Below are positions 27,295-36,453 of a stretch of 64,000 nucleotides of DNA, in pieces (positions within the stretch are counted from its first letter, which is position 1; each line of letters begins with the position of its first letter). Origin of the DNA: Nanobdellota archaeon (GTDB taxonomy: Archaea > Nanobdellota > Nanobdellia > Woesearchaeales > CAZZGN01). The stretch lies in assembly GCA_051819665.1 (NCBI GenBank), contig JBNJDG010000002.1:2439-66438 (forward strand), in the 5' to 3' direction. Made by a program: the position numbers and the translations under genes. The notes below the pieces were generated by a model. It searched no databases. It was not told the DNA's origin and worked only from the letters and a program-made list of their open reading frames with translations.

Positions 27295-27789
27295 ATGGGC
27301 AACTACGGACTACTCATAATAGACATGCAGCCGAAATTCCTTGACGATATCATCCACAAGGATAGTGTCATTGAAAGCACAAAAAACACCATTGAAGCCT
27401 CGAGAGACAACGACATGCCCATATACCTCGTAAAGATGGGCTATGACTCGGATGTAGAGGAAAGGATAAAAGATGCTGCAATAGATTATTCTCAGATAAC
27501 CAAGGAAAGGAACAATGCATTCAGCGACACAGATCTTTACCAGAATCTCGAACAGGACAATATAGATAACCTGGTGATTGCCGGAATAAACGCCCATGCA
27601 TGTGTCAAAAAAACCACAGAGGAAGCCGTCCAGAAATATAACATAATCACCTCTAAAGACATAATCGGTGATATAATCTCTCCAAAAGAATACATGGACT
27701 GGTATCAGGATAATACGATGCTTTTTGATGATCACAATGAGTTAATCGAGCATATTGAAGAGAACAACAACAGCTTCTTCTATTTCTGA
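27295..27789 (+). CDS. Isochorismatase-family cysteine hydrolase
   Basis: LLIIDMQPKF near the N-terminus and IAGINAHACVKKT (catalytic Cys region). Confidence 0.65.
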   Translation: MGNYGLLIIDMQPKFLDDIIHKDSVIESTKNTIEASRDNDMPIYLVKMGYDSDVEERIKDAAIDYSQITKERNNAFSDTDLYQNLEQDNIDNLVIAGINAHACVKKTTEEAVQKYNIITSKDIIGDIISPKEYMDWYQDNTMLFDDHNELIEHIEENNNSFFYF

Positions 27790-28406
27790 GCTTCGCATCT
27801 TTCCCTGCAGAAAGCCTCGACATTCTTGAGGAATCTCCTCGGGTTATCGTCTTTCCTCAATATCTCTTTTATCATCCCTTCTGAGATGAGATCATGACCT
27901 ATCCTTTTCCTTATCATCGAGACAGCATCCTTCTCGCCAATACTGCCGGTTCTTATAACTTCGTCCACAGAAGATATCATGCCCGTCGCTGCAAATACGA
28001 CAGCCCTGAAATCCCCCTTGCTGAAATGAAACTCGAGGTTCTCCATATCCCTCTTCTTGAGGAGATCTGCCTCGTCCACAAGAAGGATAAGACCTTTCTT
28101 CCTTATTCCAAACAGCCTCTGGATAAGATTTCCTGACCCTTTTATGAGAGCTTTAAAATCTATATGACAATCATCCTTATTACAATTGTAATAGATCACC
28201 TTTCTCCTTCCGCCGAATTCCTTTATGACCTTCTTGAGAAGGCTGGTCTTGCCTGTCCCATATTCTCCAAGAAGAAGTATCCTCTTACCCCCCTGGATCT
28301 TCCTCCTTAAACGGGTGTAGAGCTCCTCAATCCCGTACAAAACAAGAGAAGGCTTAGTGCTGAGAGGATTCTTCCTATAGCCGTATTCTTCAAACCACGT
28401 TCTCAT
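27780..28406 (-). CDS. AAA+/P-loop ATPase (archaeal ATPase-type), paralog 1 of a tandem pair
   Basis: The N-terminus is YGYRKNPLS. Walker A is GEYGTGKTS and Walker B is LILLVDEADLL. Length is 208 aa. Confidence 0.55.
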   Translation of the reverse strand: MRTWFEEYGYRKNPLSTKPSLVLYGIEELYTRLRRKIQGGKRILLLGEYGTGKTSLLKKVIKEFGGRRKVIYYNCNKDDCHIDFKALIKGSGNLIQRLFGIRKKGLILLVDEADLLKKRDMENLEFHFSKGDFRAVVFAATGMISSVDEVIRTGSIGEKDAVSMIRKRIGHDLISEGMIKEILRKDDNPRRFLKNVEAFCRERCEAQK

Positions 28407-29222
28407 CTTCTATCTCCTCGCCGCATTCAGGACAGGTCATGTCCCCGTTCTCTATAAGATGGCCACAATTCCTGCAGAAGACATCACAGTATTCGCATCT
28501 CCAGGAGCTGTTGATCTCCCTCAGCTCTGCACCGCAGTCCTCACAAAAGACTGTCTCATCCTTATCATGTATATCAGGACAGACAATATCAGAATCAGAA
28601 ATCCTCGTCTTTCCTTTCTTTACAGCATTCTCTGCAGATTTATCCGCCCAGAGAAGAAGATCCTTCATATTACCTGTCTTCCAGTATATGAACTCTGCCA
28701 TCTCAGGAGGAAGTATCCTGCTCCTTCTGGTTTCAAGTATCTCCAGCATGGTGTCGTAATAATAATTGCTGAGCCTCACTATATTATTGCCCACCCTTTC
28801 CATTATAGACTTTGAAACAGGGGCATTAAGAAGGTCATCTGTAGTGAAGACAACAGAGCTTATCCTGTCCTCATCGTAAGCTAATTTTATCCTCTCATTA
28901 TTCTTTGCAGAGAGTCTCTTCATATCATCTATAAGGACGATCATCCTCTTCCTCGGCAGGACCTTGTTTATATCGAATCTCTTGTTTATCCTAGAACCGT
29001 CAATATAAACCACTCTTCCTTTGAAATGATCCTTTACATACCTTAACAGAGCTGTCTTTCCCGTCCCTCTGCCCCCCTCAAGGATACACATACTGCCGGA
29101 AGACACAGCATAAAGAAGCTCTTCGGCCTCATCAGACCTGTCTACAAGACTGAACGGATTGCTGAAAGGGTCGATCCAGAAGGGATTCCTCTTATAACCC
29201 AAATTACGGTGCCACTCCATAT
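28390..29222 (-). CDS. AAA+/P-loop ATPase, paralog 2, with C-terminal double zinc ribbon
   Basis: The N-terminus LGYKRNPFWIDPF parallels paralog 1. Walker A is GGRGTGKTA and Walker B is MIVLIDDMKRL. The C-terminus has CEDC..CEYC and CRNC..CPEC. The start was chosen at MEWHRNLGYKRNPF. Confidence 0.55.
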
Positions 29223-29294
29223 CTACTTTCGAGTAATATACATATATTAAAGTTTCTATATTTTTAAATATCACCCTTACTATTCACAGAGATT

Positions 29295-29792
29295 ATGGCA
29301 AAAAAAATACTAATCCTGGCAACATTGGCGCTTCTTCTCTTTGCCGGATGCTCTTCCGGAGAGTTCGGTGAAGAAGAAGCTGCAGAGACCGCTGAAAAGC
29401 TCTGCGAAGCGAATGTCAGCAACCCCACATACAATGAGAATTCAAAGACATGGTGGTTCGACACAGACCTTGAGAAGGAAGGATGTGATCCTGCATGTGT
29501 TGTCCACAATGAAAGCAAGGCAGAGATCAACTGGAGATGCACCGGGCTGAAAGCCCCCGAAAATGAAACAAAGCCTGAAAAAGGCACAGAAGGGTCTTCC
29601 GACGAGTTCTGCGGTGTTTCCACAAGAGGAGACTGCCAGCAGGATTCCGACTGCATAGAAGCCGGCTGTTCAGGGCATGTCTGCCAGAGCAGGGACGAAT
29701 CAGAAAGAGTGACCACCTGCGAATACAAGGAATGTTATGATTCCGAAGGACATGACTGCAGATGCATCAACGGAAAGTGCATGTGGGACTGA
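29295..29792 (+). CDS. Secreted cysteine-rich lipoprotein-like protein
   Basis: Signal peptide plus lipobox-like LFAGC. 16 Cys in 165 aa, with a C-terminal EGF-like cluster (CQQDSDCIEAGCSGHVCQ..CRCINGKC). Confidence 0.45.
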   Translation: MAKKILILATLALLLFAGCSSGEFGEEEAAETAEKLCEANVSNPTYNENSKTWWFDTDLEKEGCDPACVVHNESKAEINWRCTGLKAPENETKPEKGTEGSSDEFCGVSTRGDCQQDSDCIEAGCSGHVCQSRDESERVTTCEYKECYDSEGHDCRCINGKCMWD

Positions 29793-29904
29793 TAAACCCA
29801 TTTTTATTCTTTTTAATTTACTATAGAAGAAACCCAAAGTTTTATAAAAAGGACCAATATCCCACCAGTTGTTACATTTATAAATTTTCCAAGGAGGCAA
29901 AAAC

Positions 29905-30006
29905 GTGAAAAGAAGCTCAAGGAGATGGAAGAAGAAAGGCCAGATGAGATGGAAATGGCAGCGTAAAAGGATGAAGAAAGAGAAGAAGAAAAGGATAAAG
30001 AGCTAA
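29905..30006 (+). CDS. Ribosomal protein L41e-like tiny basic peptide (33 aa, GTG start)
   Basis: VKRSSRRWKKKGQMRWKWQRKRMKKEKKKRIKS. AGGAGG SD 9 nt upstream and a TATA-like TTTTATAAAAA further upstream. Too short to appear in the ORF track. Confidence 0.45.
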   Translation: MKRSSRRWKKKGQMRWKWQRKRMKKEKKKRIKS

Positions 30007-30014
30007 TTTCTTAT

Positions 30015-30578
30015 TTATACGAATATATTATGATTCATCCCTTTAAGGATTCCTTTTTCTATATTACGTCCAGGCAGGTAATTATGGAAGAACTTGAACT
30101 CTCTCCTCAAAGGTATCGAGTTAACTGAAGCCACAGCATCCGTCCCGAAGAAATTGCCTATCGTGGGCATGATCTCCGCATTGAAGATCTCTATGGCATC
30201 GCTATGCTGTCCACTCTCAAGTATAAGCACAAGAACAACATGACCATCCTCCTCACCTATGGAAGAGAAAAGAGTGTGCCTGACAAGAGAATGATTGGCA
30301 AGGATATTCTGGAACTTCTGCCTTAACTGCAGCGTTGTTATCCCATACCTGAATTTTATCATATACATTATCTGTGACCTGAACTGGCCAGTTCCCCCTT
30401 CACCATAATCAACATATGTCATATAATTCAGGATACGCTGTTCCTCAAGGGACTTCCTCTTCCTGTTGACCGTCTTTACAGGGATACCTGTCCTCTTGCC
30501 GATCTGGTTATCAGAGAGCCTCGGATTCGCAACCAATTCTCTCAATAAAGCTTTTTCCTGAGTGTCGAATTCTTTCAT
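30015..30578 (-). CDS. Lrp/AsnC-family transcriptional regulator
   Basis: The N-terminal HTH_AsnC-like ALLRELVANPRLSDNQIGKRTGIPVKTVNRKRKSLEEQRIL is followed by a RAM-like domain. Confidence 0.55.
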   Translation of the reverse strand: MKEFDTQEKALLRELVANPRLSDNQIGKRTGIPVKTVNRKRKSLEEQRILNYMTYVDYGEGGTGQFRSQIMYMIKFRYGITTLQLRQKFQNILANHSLVRHTLFSSIGEEDGHVVLVLILESGQHSDAIEIFNAEIMPTIGNFFGTDAVASVNSIPLRREFKFFHNYLPGRNIEKGILKGMNHNIFV

Positions 30579-30842
30579 ATTATCACCTTGATTATGTCAT
30601 TCAAGATACACAAGTGATATAAATATGCTTCGGTGATATCAAAACAGAAAGCAACTCAAAAAAGTTATAACAGATTATGGACATTATAGACAAAATAAAA
30701 CACATAATTATCGATTAACAAGAAGATATCTGTCATAAATAAGAAAAAAAACCCACTAACACAACAAGAACAACAAAAAGTAACTTCTTTAAAGTAACAA
30801 AGACAAGATTTAAATAATAAATATATTCGGCTTTCCAGTATA

Positions 30843-32084
30843 ATGAAGGTTTTGATGTTCGGTTGGGAATTTCCACCCTACAATAGTGGAGGACTGGGAA
30901 CTGCATGCAAGGGCCTGACAAAAGGTCTTAAGAATAATGATGTTAAGGTAAAATTTGTGTTACCGAAAGCTCCGAAAGGCGCTAATTCTGAAAATGCGGA
31001 AATACTTTCTGCAAATGATATATGTGAAGAGACAGACGAGATAGAGACGAAAAGGATAAAGACCCTTCTCATGCCATACATATCATATGCCGATTATGAC
31101 ACAAGGAAAGACCAATATACTGAGATGAAACACAAATATGACGATAATGAAGATGAGGAAGAGGTGTACGGAAAAGACCTTTATGAAGAAGTGCACCGAT
31201 ATGCTGCAAAAGGAGGCATCATCGCCAAACATACTGATTTCGACGTGATCCATTCCCATGACTGGATGACATATAAGGCAGGAATGGAAGCCAAGAAGAA
31301 ATCGGGCAAGCCTTTTGTGGCCCATGTACATGCCACTGAATTCGACAGGACAGCAGGCAACCCGAACCAGGCGATCTATAATATCGAAAGAGAAGGGATG
31401 CATTCAGCAGATAATGTAATAACAGTGAGCAATTTCACGAAAGACACTATTGTCAATCATTACGGCGTTCCGCCGCAGAAAGTGAATGTAGTACATAATG
31501 CTGTAGAGTTCACCAATTATAAAGAGAAGAAGATCAGCAAAGAGGATAAGATGATACTTTTCCTCGGCCGCCTGACCATACAGAAAGGCCCAGAGCATTT
31601 CCTCCACGCTGCCAGGAAAGCCGCTGAATATGATCCTGATATCAAGTTCATGGTCGCAGGAGGCGGAGATATGGAGAACAGGATGGTCGAGCTGGCAGCT
31701 GAACTCGGAATCTCAAACAGGGTTCTCTTCTCCGGGTTTTTAAGAGGTGATGATATAGACAGGGCATACCAGATGGCCAAGGCCTATGTTATGCCCTCTA
31801 TATCCGAGCCTTTCGGAATAACCCCACTTGAATCCATGAGGAACGGAACCCCTGCCATAGTCTCAAAACAATCAGGAGTGAGCGAAGTCATAAAGCATTC
31901 ACTCAAGGTGGATTTCTGGGATATAGACAGGATGGCTGATATGATGCATGCAGTGGCGAATTATAAAGGTCTCCACAAAGAATTATCAGGGAATTGCACA
32001 AGAGAGGCCCATACTTTCTCCTGGGATGTTCCCGCAGAGAAATGCATCAATGTATACAGGGACACAATGAACATGACGGGGTAG
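30843..32084 (+). CDS. glgA: Glycogen (starch) synthase, archaeal GT-B type
   Basis: N-terminal KVLMFGWEFPPYNSGGLGTACKGL (KxGGL motif). C-terminal GT-B Rossmann region with EPFGITPLESM. Confidence 0.8.
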   Translation: MKVLMFGWEFPPYNSGGLGTACKGLTKGLKNNDVKVKFVLPKAPKGANSENAEILSANDICEETDEIETKRIKTLLMPYISYADYDTRKDQYTEMKHKYDDNEDEEEVYGKDLYEEVHRYAAKGGIIAKHTDFDVIHSHDWMTYKAGMEAKKKSGKPFVAHVHATEFDRTAGNPNQAIYNIEREGMHSADNVITVSNFTKDTIVNHYGVPPQKVNVVHNAVEFTNYKEKKISKEDKMILFLGRLTIQKGPEHFLHAARKAAEYDPDIKFMVAGGGDMENRMVELAAELGISNRVLFSGFLRGDDIDRAYQMAKAYVMPSISEPFGITPLESMRNGTPAIVSKQSGVSEVIKHSLKVDFWDIDRMADMMHAVANYKGLHKELSGNCTREAHTFSWDVPAEKCINVYRDTMNMTG

Positions 32085-32088
32085 AAAA

Positions 32089-33243
32089 ATGATCTGTTTT
32101 TATTTCCAGGTACACCAGCCCAGAAGACTGAAAAAGTTCTCAGTATTCGATATAGGCAAGAGCAATGGATATTTCGATGATGAGAAGAACAAAGAGATAA
32201 TAGAGAAAGTATCAAAAAACTGTTATCTGCCCACGAACAGGCTTCTCCTTAGACTTATAAAGGAATACGGGATCAAGGTGACCTTCAGCATCTCAGGGAC
32301 CGTTCTTGACCAGCTTGAAGAATTCTATCCGGAAGTTATCAAGAGCTTTAGGGAACTTGCAGACACAGGAAAGGCAGAATTCCTTGCAGAGACATACAAC
32401 CATTCCTTATCCTATCTCCATTCCAAAGAGGAATTCAGGGAACAGGTGAAGAAGCATAAAGACAGGATAAAGGAGCTCTTCGGCGTGACTCCAGGTGTCT
32501 TCAGGAACACTGAGCTCATCTACAACAATAGTCTTGCGAAAGATGTAGAGAAGATGGGGTTCAAAGGCATAATAGCTGAAGGAACGGACAGGATACTCGG
32601 ATGGAGATCCCCTAACTTCATCTACAAGCCAGAGAAAGGCGATATAAAGGTCCTTCTCAAGAATTATAAGCTCAGTGATGATATAGCATTCCGGTTCTCG
32701 GAGAAAAGATGGGGAGACTATCCCCTCACCGCAAAAAAATTCGCCGAATGGCTCGAGGGAGAGAATGCGGATCTGGTAAACCTATTCATGGATTATGAGA
32801 CGTTCGGAGAGCATCAGAGCAAAGAGACAGGGATACTTGATTTCCTGAAGAAACTCCCTGAAGAGACAGACAGATTCATCACACCGAGTGAAGCTATTGA
32901 AAAATTCAAGGCGAAGGATGTCTTCGATACAGAAGATTTCATATCATGGGCCGATACAGAGAGAGACCTCTCAGCATGGCAGGGCAATCATATGCAGAAG
33001 GAAGCGATAAAAGAGCTCTATGAAATAAAGAACCAGGACGAAGAGATTTTCACCAGATACAGGGATCTGCAGAACTCGGACCATTTCTATTATATGTGCA
33101 CGAAAAGATACGAGGATGGCGAAGTACATGAATACTTCAATCCTTACGATACCCCTTACGAAGCTTTCATATCTTATATGAACATAATGAACGATATTAA
33201 GGAAAGGACAGGGAAGAATACAGCTGCCAGGGAAAAGATTTAA
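32089..33243 (+). CDS. Glycoside hydrolase family 57 protein
   Basis: FYFQVHQPRRL N-terminal GH57 signature and a catalytic region with WLEGENADLVNLFMDYETFGEH. Confidence 0.7.
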   Translation: MICFYFQVHQPRRLKKFSVFDIGKSNGYFDDEKNKEIIEKVSKNCYLPTNRLLLRLIKEYGIKVTFSISGTVLDQLEEFYPEVIKSFRELADTGKAEFLAETYNHSLSYLHSKEEFREQVKKHKDRIKELFGVTPGVFRNTELIYNNSLAKDVEKMGFKGIIAEGTDRILGWRSPNFIYKPEKGDIKVLLKNYKLSDDIAFRFSEKRWGDYPLTAKKFAEWLEGENADLVNLFMDYETFGEHQSKETGILDFLKKLPEETDRFITPSEAIEKFKAKDVFDTEDFISWADTERDLSAWQGNHMQKEAIKELYEIKNQDEEIFTRYRDLQNSDHFYYMCTKRYEDGEVHEYFNPYDTPYEAFISYMNIMNDIKERTGKNTAAREKI

Positions 33244-33282
33244 ATATCAAATATACACTGAAGACTGTACATAAAAAAAGAG

Positions 33283-33660
33283 GTGGGTAGTTTGGTAAAA
33301 AAGAGTTCAAAGAAAACGTCTAAGAGTACTTCTAAGAAGGCCTCCAGAAAAAAGGCCAAGAGCGCTTCTAAAAAGGGTACAAAGAAAAAGGCTTCAAAGA
33401 GCCCCGAGAAGAAGAAAGCAAAAGGAGAAGAGAAATTCTTCATGAGCAACGGAGAGACCATTTCCGATCTCATTGACCTTGCCGACGCTTTCGAGAACAT
33501 GGCTGATGATGTGTTCAGACACCATGTCAATAGCGATAAGAATGATTTTGCAGAATGGGTCAAAGGAGTCCTTGAGGAAGAGAATCTCGCAGAGAACCTT
33601 TCAAAAGAAAATGACAAGGACAGATGCCAGATCATTGTTCTGAGGCATATCGTAAAATGA
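33283..33660 (+). CDS. Lysine-rich (H1-like tail) protein carrying a conserved HHVN..NDFA.WV domain, paralog 1
   Basis: The N-terminal 50 aa are KK(A/T)SK repeats. The domain is FRHHVNSDKNDFAEWVKGVLEEENLAENL. Its stop overlaps the start of paralog 2 (ATGA). Confidence 0.4.
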   Translation: MGSLVKKSSKKTSKSTSKKASRKKAKSASKKGTKKKASKSPEKKKAKGEEKFFMSNGETISDLIDLADAFENMADDVFRHHVNSDKNDFAEWVKGVLEEENLAENLSKENDKDRCQIIVLRHIVK

Positions 33661-34208
33661 GCAGCTTGGACAGGGTGGATAAGGACCAGGAATTCATAGT
33701 CATTACGGGAGAGAATATCGCGAGTCTTTATGGGCTCAGGGATAATCTCAGGAGAATGGATGAGGCCACTTTTGCCCACCATGTGAATGCAGAGAGGAAC
33801 GATTTCGCGAACTGGGTAAGGCATGTCATCGGAGACAATAAACTGGCTGAAAAGATGGAGAGCACCATCTCAAGGGAAGAGGCAAGGAAGATAGTGGATT
33901 CCAGGATCAGAGAGATAAAGAAGCCTAAGAAAACTACCAAGAAAAGCTCTCCGAAAAGAACTAAAAAGAAGACTGCCGAGAAGAGCAGCAAGAAGATAAG
34001 AGAGGAAGATCTCCATCCTTACTCAAAAAGGGGCATAGCGTATCATAAGAAAGATTTCCATAAGCACCGGTCAAGACCGCCCGAGAACCATGAATACATG
34101 AGAGGCAAGCACGAGCATGTGCATTTCAACCTCCAGGAGTTCATCTATGGAGTCATTGTGGGAGCATCAGTAACTGTTATCATACTCAGGATGCTTGCTC
34201 TGATTTAG
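33657..34208 (+). CDS. Paralog 2 of the HHVN..NDFA.WV domain protein, with lysine-rich linker and C-terminal TM anchor
   Basis: FAHHVNAERNDFANWVRHVIGDNKLAEKM, a KKPKKTTKKSSPKRTKKK linker, and a C-terminal hydrophobic helix FIYGVIVGASVTVIILRMLALI. Confidence 0.4.
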   Translation: MSSLDRVDKDQEFIVITGENIASLYGLRDNLRRMDEATFAHHVNAERNDFANWVRHVIGDNKLAEKMESTISREEARKIVDSRIREIKKPKKTTKKSSPKRTKKKTAEKSSKKIREEDLHPYSKRGIAYHKKDFHKHRSRPPENHEYMRGKHEHVHFNLQEFIYGVIVGASVTVIILRMLALI

Positions 34209-34571
34209 GCTGAGCCGGAAAGAAGGAGCAACCACCTCTACATCTTTCTTATAATCAAGGAGCGCTGAAGTTCCCTTCATAAGGTCTGTAAGTTCATCTC
34301 TTGCATACACAAGGGGACTTTCACCTTCTTTGGTCTTAAGATCCTTCAAGACAGGATTGTTATACTCTATCCTGGCGGTTCCATTCTCCAGATTAAGATT
34401 AGGTATCCCGAGATTCACCGCCTTCTTATCAGTATTATTATGACCTACTGAGAGGTCTATACTCTTCCAATAACTATTCTCACTCAGATCCCCCATATAA
34501 CCTTTGGAGAAATCATGTTTTATACCTACTTCATCTTTAATCACTGTTTCTTTTCTCAATATTTCACCCAA
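34167..34571 (-). CDS. Hypothetical protein
   Basis: 134-aa ORF with no motif. It overlaps the preceding gene's 3' end convergently. Confidence 0.3.
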   Translation of the reverse strand: MGEILRKETVIKDEVGIKHDFSKGYMGDLSENSYWKSIDLSVGHNNTDKKAVNLGIPNLNLENGTARIEYNNPVLKDLKTKEGESPLVYARDELTDLMKGTSALLDYKKDVEVVAPSFRLSLNQSKHPEYDNSY

Positions 34572-34766
34572 GAATGACGAAAAAAAGAAGAGATATAAAA
34601 CTATTTCCCATCTATTCTATATATTACAAATAGTATTAACACAGGAAATATAATAAGCAAAAAAATAAGTATTAAAATAATACAAAAAATTTATATATGA
34701 GTTAATATCTCTATTGGTATAAAAATAAGTATACACGGAGACCTTTCCCGGAAAAAAGAGGCAAAA

Positions 34767-34925
34767 ATGGAATTCAGGCGGAAACTTTACAGAAGAGGAT
34801 CAAGCTTCGAGACGACCATCCCGATGCCTCTTCTCTTCGAGCTTGAAGAAAAGAAGAAGTACAACGTTAAATTTGAATTCGATAAGGAAACTAAGAGATG
34901 GTACATCTCTTTTGAAGAAAGATGA
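34767..34925 (+). CDS. Small (52 aa) AbrB/SpoVT-like swapped-hairpin-type protein, overlapping the start of the MBL gene
   Basis: RKLYRRGSSFETTIPMPLL resembles the AbrB/MazE beta-hairpin core. Its stop overlaps ATG 34922 (ATGA). Confidence 0.3.
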   Translation: MEFRRKLYRRGSSFETTIPMPLLFELEEKKKYNVKFEFDKETKRWYISFEER

Positions 34926-36163
34926 GAATAAGATTTCATGGTGCCGGAAGGCAGGTAGGAAGAAGCTGTATCGAGCTTAAGTCAGAAGAGAGCAGGATCC
35001 TCCTTGATGCAGGGATATGGATCACAGAGCATGGTCTTGAATATCCAACAGAGGTTAAAGATCTCAATAAACTGGATGGAGTAATAATAAGCCATGCACA
35101 CCTGGACCATACAGGGGCTTTACCCCTTTTCGAACACGAAGGCCTTACATGCCCTATCTTCTGCAATGAAGAGACGAGGAAGATTACAGAGGTCCTGCTA
35201 AAAGACTCATACAAGATCTCCAGGATAAACCACGAGCATGTTGCCTATCAGAAAAAAGATATCCACAAGCTCAATTTCATCTGTAAGGAAGAAGGTAAGA
35301 TAAACGATATAAGTTTCAGCCTCAAGCAGAACGGACACATCCCGGGAAGCTCCTCGGTCATTGTGGAAGCAGAGGGCAAAAGGCTGCTTTACACAGGAGA
35401 TATTAACACAAGAGATTCAAGACTGCTTAAAGGTTCTGACACGGATTTCGGAGATATAGATCATATGATAGTCGAGAGCACTTACGGAGACAGGGATCAT
35501 CCTGACCGTAAGGAACAGGAGGAAGAGCTGAAGAGAGAGGTTAAAGAGACATACAAGAGAGGAGGAAAGTCACTGATAGCCGCTTTCGCTGTCGGAAGGG
35601 TCCAGGAGATGATGATCCTTCTGAAGGACATGGAGATCCCCATCTATGTGGACGGCATGGGGAGACAGATAGCAGATATATTCAAAGATCATCCGAAAGG
35701 CATAAATGATGAGTTCAGGGAAGCATTAGATAAGGTGAACTTCATCTCAAGCAAGGAAGACAGGGACAGGATCATGGAAGAGCCATGTATAATTATAACA
35801 ACATCGGGCATGGTGAACGGAGGGCCTATTCTTCATTACCTGAAAGAGCTCTATCATGACAGGAAAAGCAGCATCATCCTGACAGGCTATCAGGCAGAGA
35901 ACACCATAGGGAGGATGATCTCGGAGGAAGGAAGAGCTTTCATAGACGGTAATGTCCAGAGACTCAGGATGAACCAGCTGCATCTCGATTTCAGCGCCCA
36001 TTCGGGCAGGAAAGAACTGCAGGAGCTCATTAAGAAAGTTAACCCGGACAAGCTCATAGTCCAGCATGGGGATGAGAATGCGGCCCTCTCACTCAAGGGA
36101 TGGGCAGAGAAAGAAGGTATAGAGAGCGTTGCCCCGGAAAACGGGCAAGAGGTGGAATTATGA
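34922..36163 (+). CDS. Metallo-beta-lactamase fold beta-CASP family nuclease (aCPSF2/RNase J-like)
   Basis: HAHLDHTGALP (HxHxDH). Length is 413 aa. The C-terminal region carries later His/Asp motifs (HSGRKEL). Confidence 0.65.
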   Translation: MRIRFHGAGRQVGRSCIELKSEESRILLDAGIWITEHGLEYPTEVKDLNKLDGVIISHAHLDHTGALPLFEHEGLTCPIFCNEETRKITEVLLKDSYKISRINHEHVAYQKKDIHKLNFICKEEGKINDISFSLKQNGHIPGSSSVIVEAEGKRLLYTGDINTRDSRLLKGSDTDFGDIDHMIVESTYGDRDHPDRKEQEEELKREVKETYKRGGKSLIAAFAVGRVQEMMILLKDMEIPIYVDGMGRQIADIFKDHPKGINDEFREALDKVNFISSKEDRDRIMEEPCIIITTSGMVNGGPILHYLKELYHDRKSSIILTGYQAENTIGRMISEEGRAFIDGNVQRLRMNQLHLDFSAHSGRKELQELIKKVNPDKLIVQHGDENAALSLKGWAEKEGIESVAPENGQEVEL

Positions 36164-36453
36164 AGCACAGGGTAAGCACGATACTCAACACAATGAGGCA
36201 TGATGACCTTCTTGAGCTGAAGAGAGAGGTCAATGAAGGAAGGTTCGATTTCAACAGCCTGCTTGAGGATACGATAAGGCAGAAAGAGAAAGAGCACGAG
36301 AAAGTATGCAGCATGTGCGGTAATGGCATAAAGCCGCAGGAGAACAATTACACGATTATGTTCGGACCGGATGATTTCAAGAAAAAGGCAACTTTCTGCG
36401 GACAGGACTGTATGTCATATTTCATGGACAAGATGAAGGAAATCAAGAACTAG
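36160..36453 (+). CDS. Small zinc-ribbon protein, hypothetical
   Basis: CSMCGNG..x24..CGQDC. Its start overlaps the stop of the MBL gene. Confidence 0.3.
   Translation: MKHRVSTILNTMRHDDLLELKREVNEGRFDFNSLLEDTIRQKEKEHEKVCSMCGNGIKPQENNYTIMFGPDDFKKKATFCGQDCMSYFMDKMKEIKN

Noticed and set aside
26940-27302. 120-aa minus-strand ORF spanning the tRNA-Glu region
   Set aside because: It overlaps a well-folded tRNA, the hairpin and the repeat, so it is spurious.
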